Shown here in pieces: positions 27,901-41,600 of a stretch of 64,000 bases of DNA; the stretch's first letter is position 1; each line of letters opens with the position of its first letter. The notes beneath the pieces are model-generated. The model saw only the letters and a program-made list of their open reading frames with translations, had not been told where the DNA came from and searched no databases. A program made the translations under genes and the position numbers. The DNA comes from Trichoplax adhaerens (taxonomy: Eukaryota > Animalia > Placozoa), in contig NW_002060972.1 in assembly GCF_000150275.1 (NCBI RefSeq), positions 186,001-250,000 on the forward strand, given 5' to 3'.

Positions 27901-30900
27901 AGAGTAAGTAAACTACTTCCAATTTTATCAATCCATCGTGTTACTACCTACTGTAATTTACATTATACTGCCTGTTCTGACTTGCAAATAGGTGTTCAAC
28001 TGGTGCAACAACGACTGAATATACTTATGATGTATGCCAACGATTCGGTAAGAATGAACACGACAAATTTATATCAGTTTCGAATCCCGACTTTGGACCT
28101 TTGCGAATAATTGGTAGTGAAAATAATGGTACACAAGACTTGCAAATTGTGGTATGTTGGTATACGATAAATAAATGCCTAAGGTTAATAATTGACTATC
28201 GTTGAAATAGTGCTGTAAACACAATCAAATCAGTCACAAAGATCGACTCACAAACTGCCAATAAAATCAATGCTAATTACTTGTTACGGCATCATGCCAT
28301 TGATGTCAATTCTTCACCCATTCCACTTTAGTTGAATCGATCAATTAAGATCTACACATTAACATCTTGTCATAGCAGCATCAGTCTGTTCTGTCTGTCA
28401 AGCCATGCTACTGTGTACTGACTGTGTAGTCCATAGCTACCTTCTTTGGTTGATTCAGTGTTTGACATACGTTGATGTAGATTAAATTGAATGGAACGCA
28501 ATTAAATAGAACTATTTTGATAGCATGTTGATACGATGAGATGAAGCCAATGGTCGCTCACTATTGCAATTGCATTAATAGATTAAAGATTATCAAACAT
28601 CAAAAATTGAACTTAAAATATCTCCATATACCTGGATTGATAGTGTTGAAATCTCAGCTGACGGTCGGACTGTAGCCTTCAAGTCTAATGAGGTAGCACA
28701 TTGCAATTTGAGTATGATGGTAGCTTTACTTAAGGGATAAATTCAAAATTGATTATCATCAATGTTGAGTCAATGATCTATATTGCAATTAGACCGCTAA
28801 TTAGTCTGGAGACAGTTCGAAATTTGCAATCTATTCTGCTGCTAATAAAAATACAGTCGTTGTTTATATCATTCTTGATTCATTTTCAACATTCTTAAAT
28901 AATATCTTCATTCATTTGTTGAATATTCCTAGTGGATCGTTCACGATATCGATAAAAATAAAGAAATAGACTTTGCTAAAAACGAAGAAGGGAAAGTCAT
29001 TAAAACTGATTTTTGTTCGTTACAATTTTGCCCTGCTGTATCTGAAACCAAAGTCATCATGACACTCTCTAAAGATCGCCGTGAAGTTACGGTTAGCAGT
29101 GAATATGCATTTAAGTAAATATTAAACATGCAAAGCGATAGAAATCTGTTGCGTTCGACTGTAATATTAGATTTGGAAGATTGAGGGGAATTGCATTAGA
29201 CCTTTGAATAAGCGAATACTATGCCAATACAACATACGATATTGTCAATGGGTACAAGTGCATGATAGCGTTCGTGTCTTGTTGGGGTGGAGAAATTTTA
29301 ATGAATTTGGTAAAAGTCGACATACATCTGACGATCCGTTAAACAAGATTAATGAATGGCAAATTGAAGTAAGCTTCCACTGACTAAAAGGAGTAAAGTA
29401 CTAAATTGTCTCTTAGAGATCTAATTGATAGAAGCTACTTGTATTAATTTGACGGATAGATATGGCATGTACAGCGATGGACTTGTCTATCATTGAAAGT
29501 ACCTGATTACATCCATGCAAAGGATGATGGTCGGTACTTTGCTACCAATGATTCTAAAGAAAGTTTGTTCTTGAACTTCATCAATACGCGTATCTACCTT
29601 GATGCAACCTATATAATATTAGCATATACAGGTTCCAACCTTGAAACCAATGGTACAATTGGTCTGTTAAAAATGAAACAATTTGGAAAAATGGAATTTG
29701 AAAATGAATTTCGGCCAATATTACATCATATTCCACGAGTTGAGAATATTTCGGTATCAGACGATCAGCAAATGATTTTCATTTACTTCGCGCGCGCTCG
29801 CGATGAATATTATCGTCGTAGTTATATGGGTACATTTGACTGTCGTGAGAATAAGGTTAGTGCAATATTGGGTTACTCATCATCATAAGCATAATTCGTC
29901 CTAAAGTAGATCTGCATAATATTTTATTGTGCAGTAATACTAGTCCTATATTGTAATACTGTGATATATGTAGAAACTCATACTTAAAATGCGATGTTGT
30001 CAAGTCCAATCTTGTGTTCAAGTTGAGCAATCTGGTCCACCAATGTTGATTCCTGGTAGTAATCGATTGCTTATTTATGATCGCTCTCAAACACATAATG
30101 TATATGAGTATAATTTACAAGGTAAGTGATGATGGTTCTACAACAAGTGCAATTTGATCATGCCTACATTCATGGTCACAAGATCGTTTTCATTAAACTA
30201 AGGCGATAAAATTGCTTGGCAAGATATCCCTCAATCAAAATCATATGATGATCTTAAAAGATCTGAAATTACCGTCCCCGAATCTACCGTACCCGAAACT
30301 TCCGTCAACATATTCAACGTAGGTTAAGCTTTCATCAACACAATATGTTTGGAGTAGCTGTATCGACTCTATACTCAATTGAATTGTTGATTAGTTACAG
30401 ATGATCGAGTTTCTAGGTATAGAAGATTGTAGAAAGCACCGAGAATTAATCTATCAACTCTTAGTAAAAGAATCGAATGATACAGCATTTATGTACATAC
30501 GATACAGAAAGAAGGATAACACACTTATTTTCATGCAACATAAGACAGTATGTTGAAGTGGATATGAAAATGACTTAAGTATTTTTGAACAGGAAATGAT
30601 AAAAATGAGAATGCTTTTTAACTAACATAACAAGTTATTGAACTGATTTTACAATTATGTAGGAGGTAAATTGGTCGAAGGATTCATTTAATTGATTTAT
30701 TTTAGATGCTGTCCCAAAATTGGATAATAACCATTAGCCTTACGACCGGAAAGAAGATAATTGATCGACCTGCATGTATTGCAAAAGCTAATATTGAGTA
30801 CTTTGATGATGATTATCTTTATGCTTGGGAATGCGAGGAATCTAATTCAAACTCGTATAGCTTCAAAGTAAGTATGATTTTATTCTACTTTAATCTTCTT

Positions 30901-31866
30901 TCTAAACTCTAAACGTGTACAAATTGACTGTTCAGTTTCATGTCGACGGACTTATTGGAAATAGCCTTGAATATCGACTTTGACGTCCATTGCAAATAAA
31001 CCATTGCAAATGGAGACGATCAATAACGACATTTTCAATTTGAATTTATTGTAGTGTTATAAGATTGGAGATGGTGAATATCATATGAAATTACTGCAAA
31101 CCATAAGATACAAACATATGGAAAAATTAATCTTTAAAATAACTATGAATTACAACTCTAATGGAGCCAATTATAATCCTACGATTGAACAATCGTCTTT
31201 TTCGAAGGAGAAAGTGTTAGTTGATGCATGGGGAGAGAGAGATGCCAATATGATTGCCAATCTACCGGAAGTAAGTCATATTGATGTTGCATAATGCTCG
31301 CAGTGATACAGTCAATATGGAAATGATAAATTGGGTGGATGGCGGATGATGACCACTGTAATGAGTTGATTATGAGAGGAGCTTTACTTTAGTCCATAAT
31401 TGATCCTTACATTCAATTTAATTCATTATAGAAATATCGTCATGAAAATTATTTTCTACTACTGGAAAATGGAGACCATATAGCAGTAAGACAACGATAA
31501 CAGGATACAATCGATGATACTTTATTGTTGAACGTATGTTGTGCTAATCATAAAATTAAATACCTATAGATAATTGCTAGAACTAACCAACTATTCATGA
31601 AAAGATACAAAGACAATATCAAATACTTCGACAGTCGCACCCAATTCTTCAACCCTGAAAATTTATGGTCGGACAAGCATTTAATCCTGTACGAGTATGA
31701 TCGAGTGCAATCCAAATTCAATATTTATAATGCTCAAACACTACAGCTACAAATCATTCTACCATTTACTCACTTCGGTGTCGCGGACATTCAGTGGAAT
31801 CTTCAACAATCTCAACTCATCATTAAGGGTTTTAAGGATTACTGCTTAGTAACCGTCATTGAATAA
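24940..31866 (+). CDS. Apaf-1-like protein lacking NBD/HD1: CARD, linker, WHD, HD2, divergent WD40 propellers (about 1095 aa, 18 exons)
   Basis: Phase-consistent, stop-free exons: 24940-25252 (CARD), 25379-25432, 25640-25726, 26084 (or 26063)-26282 (WHD), 27255-27588 (YCVLHDLMVDYL...GYFYLNLIYHA), 27707-27903, 27992-28151, 28582-28692, 28933-29091, 29171-29368, 29460-29855, 29974-30121, 30203-30322, 30465-30547, 30706-30867, 31055-31270, 31432-31485 and 31570-31866. Confidence 0.8.
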
Positions 31867-32357
31867 GGATAAACAAGAAAAGAAGCCATTTATTGGTTAA
31901 GCATCCGTTCTAGGAGAAGAGTGTTGATTTGCTATATTGAAGAATTGCTAACACTGTTGTAGTGATTTCAGCTAATTACAGTAGTTTTGTGTGGGCAATA
32001 CAGTGATAGTATGTAGTATAGAACTGGATTTCTTAATAAAGTAAGTGTTGATAATAGGGCTAACAATCCATACACTACAACTGTATAGACTGTATCGATA
32101 TAATATTTGCATGAAATATTTGCGTGACAAAGAGAAATGGATCGGCTATGGTTGTTAACACAAGCAAATATTGATGGCAGTCTAATACTGTAGACAGGGA
32201 TCTCTCTAGCTAATCTTGAATTCATGCAAAATAATCGACATGGCTAATTTCAATCCTTGAAAGATGGATCATCCATTTAATGAGAGAGTAATTATTAATA
32301 AACTAAATCAAAATTACTTCAATAAATGATGGATGGTGGATGTGTGTACACGTGCAT

Positions 32358-32830
32358 AAAGCAAACCCCCAATGTCAGTAAAACGAATACCCCCAAAATT
32401 AATATAGTAAACCATCATTAAAAGTAGTGTAGTCCATGGGGTCAATGCAATTGTTGAGTTATTTGCAAATCTATTACAAATCGTAGTTAAAGAAGGACTT
32501 AAAGAGAAAATGAAAACTTCTCTAAAAAGGCGTTGGTGTAAAATAGGATGAGAAAATAAAAATAATAAAAATAGGGATAGAGAAAATCATTTACAAAATT
32601 GCAGTCTATCATTAAGCATCCCATCTACTGTACAGCAAACCCCAAAGTCAGTTAAAACAATACTCAAAAATAGCGCAAAACAAGACCAATAGTATTGCAA
32701 TCCATTGGATAAATGCAATTGTTGAGTTAGTTGCATGTCCATTACATATCGTAGTAAAGACGGACTTGAAAGAGAAACTATCTCAGCAAGTCATTGGTAA
32801 AAATAAGAAGATAAGAAAATAAAAATATTA
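32358..32830. repeat. Tandem imperfect duplication with a period of about 275 bp
   Basis: The blocks gcaaacccc.a..gtcagt, aatgcaattgttgagtta.ttgca, atcgtagt.aaaga.ggactt.aagagaaa and agaaaataaaaata recur at about 32360-32570 and 32635-32830. Confidence 0.75.
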
Positions 32831-34199
32831 TTTGTTTTCATTTTCTTACAATTGATTATTTATTTTTATTTGGGAAAACAAAAATAGAATTACAAAAATT
32901 CCAATTCATTTGCATCATTCTACCATTCAGTCAATTGTGGAAGTGGTAACAGTATATCTTCAGCATCATGTCTTCTACAACAATAATTCATCATCGTATA
33001 TATAGTACAATATCATTGGTCAATTATTATTAACGCATTCTCGCAAAAGTTATTTTATAGAAACTACGTTAAGAAATCTATGTAAAAGATATTTCATAAA
33101 ACTAGGTTAAGTATAATTAAGCAGTTTATTACATTACATAGCACAACTAAAATACAAAAGCCAAAAATTATCCTAGAGCAGCTCGGCTTAAATAAATTAT
33201 CTAAAATACAGAAAAGAATACAATGTCATCATATAATTCTCACATTAAGTAATTAGATTATAATGATAACATATTTAAATCATAGTAACACTGAAACAAA
33301 CAGAAAAAGAAAAGAATCACACGGTTTATATTGTAACATGATGCACGATTTATAGCATATCACCAATATACTCACATAGTACAAAAAAAAGTTATTTAAT
33401 TTAGTGAAGCTGCTAGATAAACTATTGTTATCAACATGTTATATAGAAGTGAATTAGATATAACTTGAAAATAATACCAATATATAGGTAATGTTTATGA
33501 TAATTCGAATATGTTGATTTCATCTTCGTAGAATATGATATCAATCATAAAATTCATTCTCATAGTAAGTTCTGTAAGTGTTCAGAGACGTATTTCCTAA
33601 TTGTTATGCTGTAAATAAGTTAGATAACTATTTAAGCAGCAACGCTTTTCCGTTATTCTTGTTCTTAGTCTTTCTTTTCTAAAATCTGTTGTTCTAAGAA
33701 GCTCTTCTTGCCTGCCGGAGCATGTTTTATTATCATGTAGTATCTCAACCGATAGAGAAATAGTTATGAAATCCGCTGTTATAAAATTGTTTATGTGATC
33801 TGCTAGCTAATTACAGTCAATAGAACAGGTTTTATTAGAGTGCATATATCCTGTTATTCTATAGTATATCGTAGTAACAGCAGATAATATTGTTGTGCTA
33901 AATAAACATACTAGAAAGAGTAAACTATCAGCTACATTACACTATATGTAGAGTATACTGAAACTAATGAAACTATATTAACTACGGTTTTACCTTTATA
34001 AAAACTTCGGATAAGTACCACCTGATTTTGCAACCGTAATGCAATTTTAAAACATTATATAGCGAGTATAGTACTTTACAACATACCCATTAACAACTCA
34101 ATTATAATTATGGTTGTATTAATAGATTATCCAGTTTAGATATTTTTTATATATAATCAGCATAAACACTCATGCTCAACAGGATACAGCATATTGACA

Positions 34200-34716
34200 A
34201 CTATACATGTAGAAATATTTGATCAAATCTGCGTTTACGATAAATTCGAAAATTTGCGAAATTCATTAAATCTAAAGTCTGGTGAGACAATAAGATAACA
34301 GCTTTCGCAAGTATATTAATAAATCTAATGCGCCAAATTATGTAATTTCTACGTTTCCAATAGTATCACTTTCCGTGCGCATAGAGATTATTTTTATATT
34401 TAATTACTTTATATGGAAGGATAGCATTACAATGTAATCATGTTAACTACTAATTTCTTGATAATTTACCTAGAACGGGCCAGTCAAGACCTTATTATGT
34501 AACTTTACAAAAGCCATCTTATTCCTAAAATTAAAGGCAAAATCTTATCGAAAGGTTTTAATGCAAGCTATGCAGGAAGATTTAAGCGAGTTGGTTCAGT
34601 TCTATGAAACCATGGCCTCGTACTGCAGACAAAGGTTGGAAAAAGATACTGTTGCTGAAGGCGGACAAAATCCGAATAACCTTAATCAGCGTCCGATCAT
34701 CATTGAAAAAGCGGTT
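34200..34716 (+). pseudogene. Decayed gene fragment (helical protein), paralogous to 59100-59615
   Basis: MQAMQEDLSELVQFYETMASYCRQRLEKDTVAE here versus LDAMLQDLAKLVQFYGIMVSHCR*GLETDAVAE at 59460. The upstream segment also aligns. Stops and frameshifts are present. Confidence 0.55.
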
Positions 34717-35801
34717 AGTATAACCGGCTAAGTAATTGCAGAAACTGGATACTGTCTCAACTTACTTCATTCAAGTAACATTGAATTAGATAAAAGCTAT
34801 TATCTCGAATAAAGTGTATTGTAACAAAGTACGTCCTCCTAGAAATACTTTAGCGATATTGAATACCTTTTAGTAAACAATAAAAGTACTGGAGATAGTG
34901 TAAAATATAGAATTAGTTTAGATTTTAAAAATTTGGAATTCATACGTTATTGAAATTGACTGCGATCCTACTGTTAGTTGACTAAAGGTAATATTGATCG
35001 AAATATAGACAACAATATGCGGAAATAAATTACTGGAAGCCAGTGTTTTGTAAATATCACAACTATAAGTACTTATAAAATTTTACGAAAATCTGATATT
35101 GAAGGCCTTATTTTATTGGACATGCACTACTTTAGTTAATGATGGAAAAAGCAAGAGAAAATTTGCACCAAAAAATGGAAGCAACTGGAAAGCAGATTGA
35201 TAATCTACTTACTATTCTTCAGAATGCAACAAAAGAGCTTACTGCTTAGGAAGAAAGTGATTCGCACTGTAATAAGCCTAATACCACCCTACTGAATTTA
35301 TCATCGCGAAATGATTCCCTTATCGCCAAAATTCTTCATTTTGCAATAAATATAATCGAAAGTATATATTTAGTATCCTAATAGCGGCATTCACGAACGT
35401 TTATGAGTTATCTTCATTTCAGCCCATACCAATATATTTTAAACTACAAATTGTTACTATCAATAGATATCAATTGAATAATTAAAGAGGAAACGGTACG
35501 GTATTCGTAATCTAATAAAAGAGCGACCTGCGGTGTAAAAGTTTAACCCGTAATGATCCCATATTGAAAGATAAATAGACACAAACGGTAATAAATTTCT
35601 ATCCCTACGGAAAATATTTCCTTAATTTGCTGATGTAAACAATCTGTAACTTAATACGAAGAAATAAAGCTTCAATTGCACAACTGCAAAAAGTCTTCAA
35701 TACTTTCTTACTCCATCGCTTCTTAATTGAATATTTCAATGTTGCTACGAATATGCAGCAGCGCGAAGGCTTCACGACTAGAAGAAACTAGAATGGCTAT
35801 T

Positions 35802-36238
35802 TGTTACGATGCGTAAGCTCGTCCTAATTATAATTATTGAGTAATATTAAATATTGCTTGTGTGGATTGACGTTTTATTAATTGTCATTTCTTCATATAA
35901 CTTGTTTAACCAGGAGTTTCTGACGAGACTATAAAAGGCTGATGCCTGAAGATTCCTTTTTAGTTCGTTAGTCGGTTAGATAGTCAACTAGTTTTCAATT
36001 GATATTTAATTGCGAAGACTATAATCTTGGGTGCCAAGATTCCTTCAGTAATAAATGATAGTAAATCTCTGACTATCTCGTCTACATCATCTGTGACGCT
36101 ATAATTATACCATAGTATTCGGTTGTTGGAACTGAATTAGTTGGTGATATAGCTAATCTCGCCTCTTTAAGTTAGTAAGTGGCGTTCTCCGCAAGGATTG
36201 GCGTGTGTAGACTACTTTGTCACTAGTGGTGTGTGACA
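35802..36238 (+). mobile_element. Solo LTR, 437 bp, with a perfect 5-bp target-site duplication
   Basis: Begins TGTTAC and ends GTGACA (TG...CA with a short terminal inverted repeat). Flanked by CTATT at 35797-35801 and 36239-36243. Contains internal TATAAAA and AATAAA. A second copy lies at 7019-7394. Confidence 0.9.
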
Positions 36239-36299
36239 CTATTATAGAAATAATCATTAATCATCCTTATAGATAAATAATTGATATGAATCATTTTCA

Positions 36300-38398
36300 A
36301 ATAAATTAACATTTAAAGTAGCCATAGACAATGATCCTCAAACAGTCATCGAGATATTAGATTTAGCATTGGCTTGCATAAGCGATATTCCAGTTGTGGC
36401 TCTGCTAATAAAGGAAATCAACGATAATGAATATAATTATAAACTCAAGGTCAAATATTAATCTCGTGTAGATTTACTAAAGTATAATAATTTCCCTAGA
36501 AATAATTGAGCAGAATAATTTTATTGATAATTAGTAGATAAATAAATACGAAGCAAAACCATCTGCAAAATTGTTGTACTATTCCATACTCTATGACTAT
36601 AATCGGTGCTTCTTATACAATGATTTAAAAGCTGCTTTAGTAGTAAATTTTAAAGATAAGAAGCCAAAAATGATATTTACAGAGGTAAATCTTACTATAG
36701 GTCGACTAACAAGTAGCCGACAGTACATTGGTCTTTTAAATTATCCACTTATACTTTAGTAAATAAACATTATCGCAGATTACGAGAATGAGTAATTTTG
36801 CTTGGTTACAATATACTTTCAAAATATAAGTTAGCTATCATAAATGTAATCGAGAGTTTAATTTTAACTTCGATTAATGCATATAAGTTGTCAACATTCT
36901 GAGTAAAGAGGGGAATGGACAACCCGAGGAATTGCTAAATTACGATATTCCTCGGTCATGTATTGGCCGATATGACATCACATCAAGATAAAGAGAAATT
37001 GATAATATACTAATTTTCATGGTAAAATCTTGGGTATGTTATACCAATAGTTGTTACTATTTCCTAAGCATAGTTTTGATTTACATACATAAATTACAAT
37101 GCTCGATCTTGCAAGTAGGTTAGAAGCACGTTTATAGTAAAAATTTTATTAACCAAGACCAATTACACAATTATTTCTTTTAGGATGATCACCATGAAGC
37201 AACCATGTTGATAATCACTATAAGCCTTACAATCAAAGAGAAAATGATTTATCGGCTGGACTATAAGTATAAATGGCTTTAAATACTCATCGTTGATGAT
37301 TGCTATCTTTGCACAAGACAGGAAGAAATAGATCCTAGCAGCGATAAGGATCCACAGAGCATTAATGTAGTAAACATTATTTTTGAACACTGTTTTACCC
37401 GCATAAACATTTAATTTAATTTACTTTAAATTGCCACACGAATTTAATACAGAAAGGCTTACTTTGTTGTCTTTTCGATTTATCCTGCCTTATATTTATT
37501 TATAAGATGACGTTGATCAATATGAAATTATATTATAACCAAATGATTTATCTCCATTCTAAATTGATTTTAGTGCTACAAATTTGGAGACGACAAAATG
37601 GAAACAATTTCGTAAGAAACTTGGCCGTTTCCGAGTGGAGGAATAATATTTAAAATAACTATAAATTCTTTTATAACTGGTTATGAACCCAAAATTAAAT
37701 ACTTGCTTTACGAGGAGAAATATCTCGTGGATGAAATATTTGGACATTATACTGCTCTAATTGTAAGTTGCAGTTTGAATATTCAGGATAAGGGGAAAGG
37801 AAGTGACCCATTCGATTTGAGGATAGATCATAATCCATTAATAGATTAATAAATAGCAATTTGCATATTCTTCATTACTATGTTTTGATTTGTAAGTACA
37901 TTGTAGGAAAATTATATGCTAGCAAATAACGAAATCTATATATTAGAAAATGGAGATCATTTAGCGGTAAGAAATGTTGATATTTAATTAATACCATAGG
38001 ATTGAATGAAAAATGCTTTGTTTTATCCTACTTATAAAATCGGTAAAATTACTTCTTTATAGATATTAAACCTTTCCGGCATGATAGTGACGAAAATATG
38101 CAAGAACTATTTCATAAAGTTTGATTATGAAGCTTCTATTTTGAATAATGATAATTTATGGTCGGAAAACCATTTTATTGCATATAATTGGAACACGTTA
38201 AATGTTAGAAACTTTTCTTCAGGCAATCTTATCAGTATTTCTACTAAAAATTGTTCAAATCTATACATCTATGATGCTAAAACACTAAAGTTACAGATCA
38301 ATCTACCGTTTACTTACTTTGAAATATATATGATGCAAAATGCAACAGTCAGCAATCCTCACTCATCGTTAGCAACCGACATGATAAACATTGTTTAA
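36300..38398 (+). pseudogene. 3' (WD40-region) remnant of another Apaf-1-like paralog
   Basis: Exons match the terminal exons of 24940-31866: LIITISLT...DDCYL (37184-37365, internal stop) versus WIITISLT...DDDYL; LENGDHLA|gt versus LENGDHIA|gt; NLWSENH...IYDAKTLKLQINLPFT versus NLWSDKH...IYNAQTLQLQIILPFT. Confidence 0.8.
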
Positions 38399-38692
38399 TA
38401 AAACACATTTTATAGGATGTATAAAGCTAAAGTCTTGTTATTCTATTTCTAAAATAACCAAGAATGAATTCGAGATTACTGGTATCTCTAAATCTATTAC
38501 GTACCTATTAACTTTATTAAATTTAGGCTAACTTTTCTACTTTCAATAAATTAAATGCGTTCACTCAAAGTAAATTAATTTTATTACAGTGAGAAATTAA
38601 ATTAATGGTTAATAAATTATACAGAGTACAAAAAAGGTTACAATAAGATTTGATTATGAAGTGCAAATAAATAGAATTTAAGGGTAGGGATC

Positions 38693-41600
38693 CTATGTAA
38701 CGAATTTATCCAGAATTGTGCTAGTCACTTCCATTTCTATTATATGCTGTGCTAAATATGCCTAATAATTAAATTGAGTACCGTAACCAAACATTACGAT
38801 AGAGAGCACAAAAGTATGAATTGATTATATGGCAATTAAAATAAAAAAATAAATGTCGTGCAAGGTGCTTCTGTTTACTTCCATCTAAATCGAAAGATAC
38901 TAACTGAATAAGAAATAACGTAATTAAATTTACGTGTATCAGGGTTACAATACGCTCTTACTACATATTCATATACATATCGTGGTTATTAAGATTAAAT
39001 AATTAAAAGACAACCCAATCAAACATTGTAAAAATATCGGTCTGATATGTAGTTAGACAAAAAGATGGGAAAATGTCGCATTTTAATAAATTAGTGCGTC
39101 AAGTATGATAAAATCTCTGCAAAACAAACAAAAATGAGCTTAAAAATTGGACTTTCAAAATTAGAAAACACAAGACTGTAAGAAATACAGCTATGTTTAC
39201 TATGAAAGAATTATCTGTAAACCGAATTATCGATGATAGATAAAGCTTGAAACAATCCTAAGCGGTTAATTAATATTTTGGGAATTAAATGATGACACGG
39301 ATTGCTTAAAAATAACAAGTTATAGATTCTAGGTGCTTACAGTATCCATCTACACTATTCAAAACAAACTGTAGTCTTAAAATGGGTAAGTAAATGTTAC
39401 TGCGAGAATTATTTTAAAGTTTGCAAAGGCGGTAAAATGGTTGACAAATGTGAAGTTAGAGAGACATAAATAGTTGTTATGAAAGGATAATGAATCTTGA
39501 AATCATGACCTGTAGGTGTTCTCAAGTATTGTTGTATTTATTTTATCTAACATTGCTATCAAGATTACAGAAGTAGACTTACAATAAATATTTCAGTGTC
39601 TCAATTTTTCAGACTTAAACTGGAAAAGTAGTTATCTTATTGGGCTCTCCATTAGCCTAATTCACTGTAGATGTTCGTAGAAAGTTGGTTAAAATGTTGT
39701 TGATGTTATTTCGAACTATAAAGTCAAATTTGACCATATACCATAAAATTAAAGGGGCGATTCTGTTCAAACCTTGCAATTTCAAGTATTACGGAGCGTA
39801 GATAGAAGCATTTACCGAAGAAAATCGTTTCGCTAATCAAAGTGTAATGCAGTGTTGGAATCATCGAATTTACTTTGCTACAGTTTATGAATGGTTTATG
39901 TATCTTGACGAGATAATATTCCTACATTAATCTGAACTTTATTGTTAGCCAATTTGATATCTTGCCACCATGCAATTTTACCGACCGTTCTGATAGAATA
40001 AGTAGTCTTCCATCTTGAATGACTGTGGCCTGTTTGGATGTTGTGCGAAGATTTTAATTATCGGACTCAAAAATGGGCTGAATAGACAGCAATTGACCTG
40101 AAAATGGTAGATTATAGCAATAGCAAAGAAGTTGCTTAATAGAAGTCGCTTAACAATCATACCTATCATAAACTATACAAGATTTTACGCAAGATTAGTT
40201 ACGGTTTTCAGATTGTTGCTACTTAGTTAAGGCAAGCCGTGGCTAACTCACTCGTAGATAAATCAAGCTTTACCAATGATCTATTTAGCTGCTTGAATGT
40301 TAGCTATAGCATGTCTCCTTGCTGAGCTGAAAGTTTTCTGTTATTGAATATCATAGGCAAAGAACATAAACAAATCACCATCAGCTGAATACCAATCAAT
40401 ATCATTTCCATTATTACCATACAAAATACGTTTTAAAATTTTATTTCTGAGGAAGCTATGAATTAAAATTGATTTCTATTTATCAGGCTAGCCAAAATAA
40501 ATAAAACTAAAACTAATAATCAAACAAATATCATCAGACTACGATCAAAATTGTCTCAAATAGAAGCAACAAAAGATAGTAATGAAATCTTAATTTTGAG
40601 AGATTACGTATGTTAGTTCATTCAAGGAATCAACCATTGGCCGTTAATTACCACTGCTTTGCCATTGCTGTTACCTGAACTAATACTAGGTGCAAGCCTA
40701 TTTCTCTAGCTGCCTCGTATATAAAAATATTGAATTCTTTTTCTTTCTTCTCCAGCTCGGAGTTTTCAGATTGCAATCTATCACATTAAATCGGATTTCA
40801 GCTAGGTAGTTCACAAGACCTTTGGTAATTTGACTAACGATATACACGTAAAATGGATACTAAATAGTAATTAATGTTACTCTGATTATTACCTAAATTG
40901 ATAAATAAAAACTAGAAGGCTTCAAAAATTAAGTATAGTAACTGATCTTAGTCCTATTACCACGGATGATTCTTATAATTTTATTGTTATCAGTTGTAGA
41001 AAAAATTTTACTAAGAAGAGATACTAGGCAACAATTCAAGATATTCAGGCATTCAAAAGTTAGTGTTCTAAGATTGCGATCTCGTAAATTAACAACGACT
41101 GAGAGTGGTATCTAGAATAGTAATAGAAGTTGCACATCTTATTTCTAAATGGATGAATATAAACTGAAATACTTGACTAAGTATCAATCGATTTTATGTC
41201 AATTGCTCTTGATAAAAGTTATAGATAAAATCATTTACGGATCTGTATTACTGCAAAATAACATGTGATATAAACTATCAAATTGTTTCCTTAAGTAATG
41301 ATCGAAATGATCAGATTACCAAACTATTGCTATAAAATAGTATGCAGGACAGAGTAATCAGTGTTACTGAGATAAATAGCTCAACAGATAATTAGAAACG
41401 TGACTAGAAAACTTTACTATAAACTTAATATAGTAGCTGGTCTTAGTCTTGCTTCCATCGATAGATCTTATGACTTTATGGCAATCAGTTATAGACAGAA
41501 TAGTTTTACTGAGTAGGAAAACTGTGCAAGAATCTAAGCTACTCAAGCATTCTAATTTATTATTTTTAGATAACAATCTAGCAATTTAATGATAGTGAAG

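Noticed and set aside
31968-32225. Minus-strand ORF with a hydrophobic stretch and NPVLYY (GPCR TM1/TM7-like)
   Set aside because: Only one helix-like segment, with no further GPCR motifs in frame. Too weak to call.
7019-36238. The two LTRs as ends of one full-length 29-kb retrotransposon
   Set aside because: Each has its own distinct TSD, they are clearly diverged, and no gag-pol lies between them.
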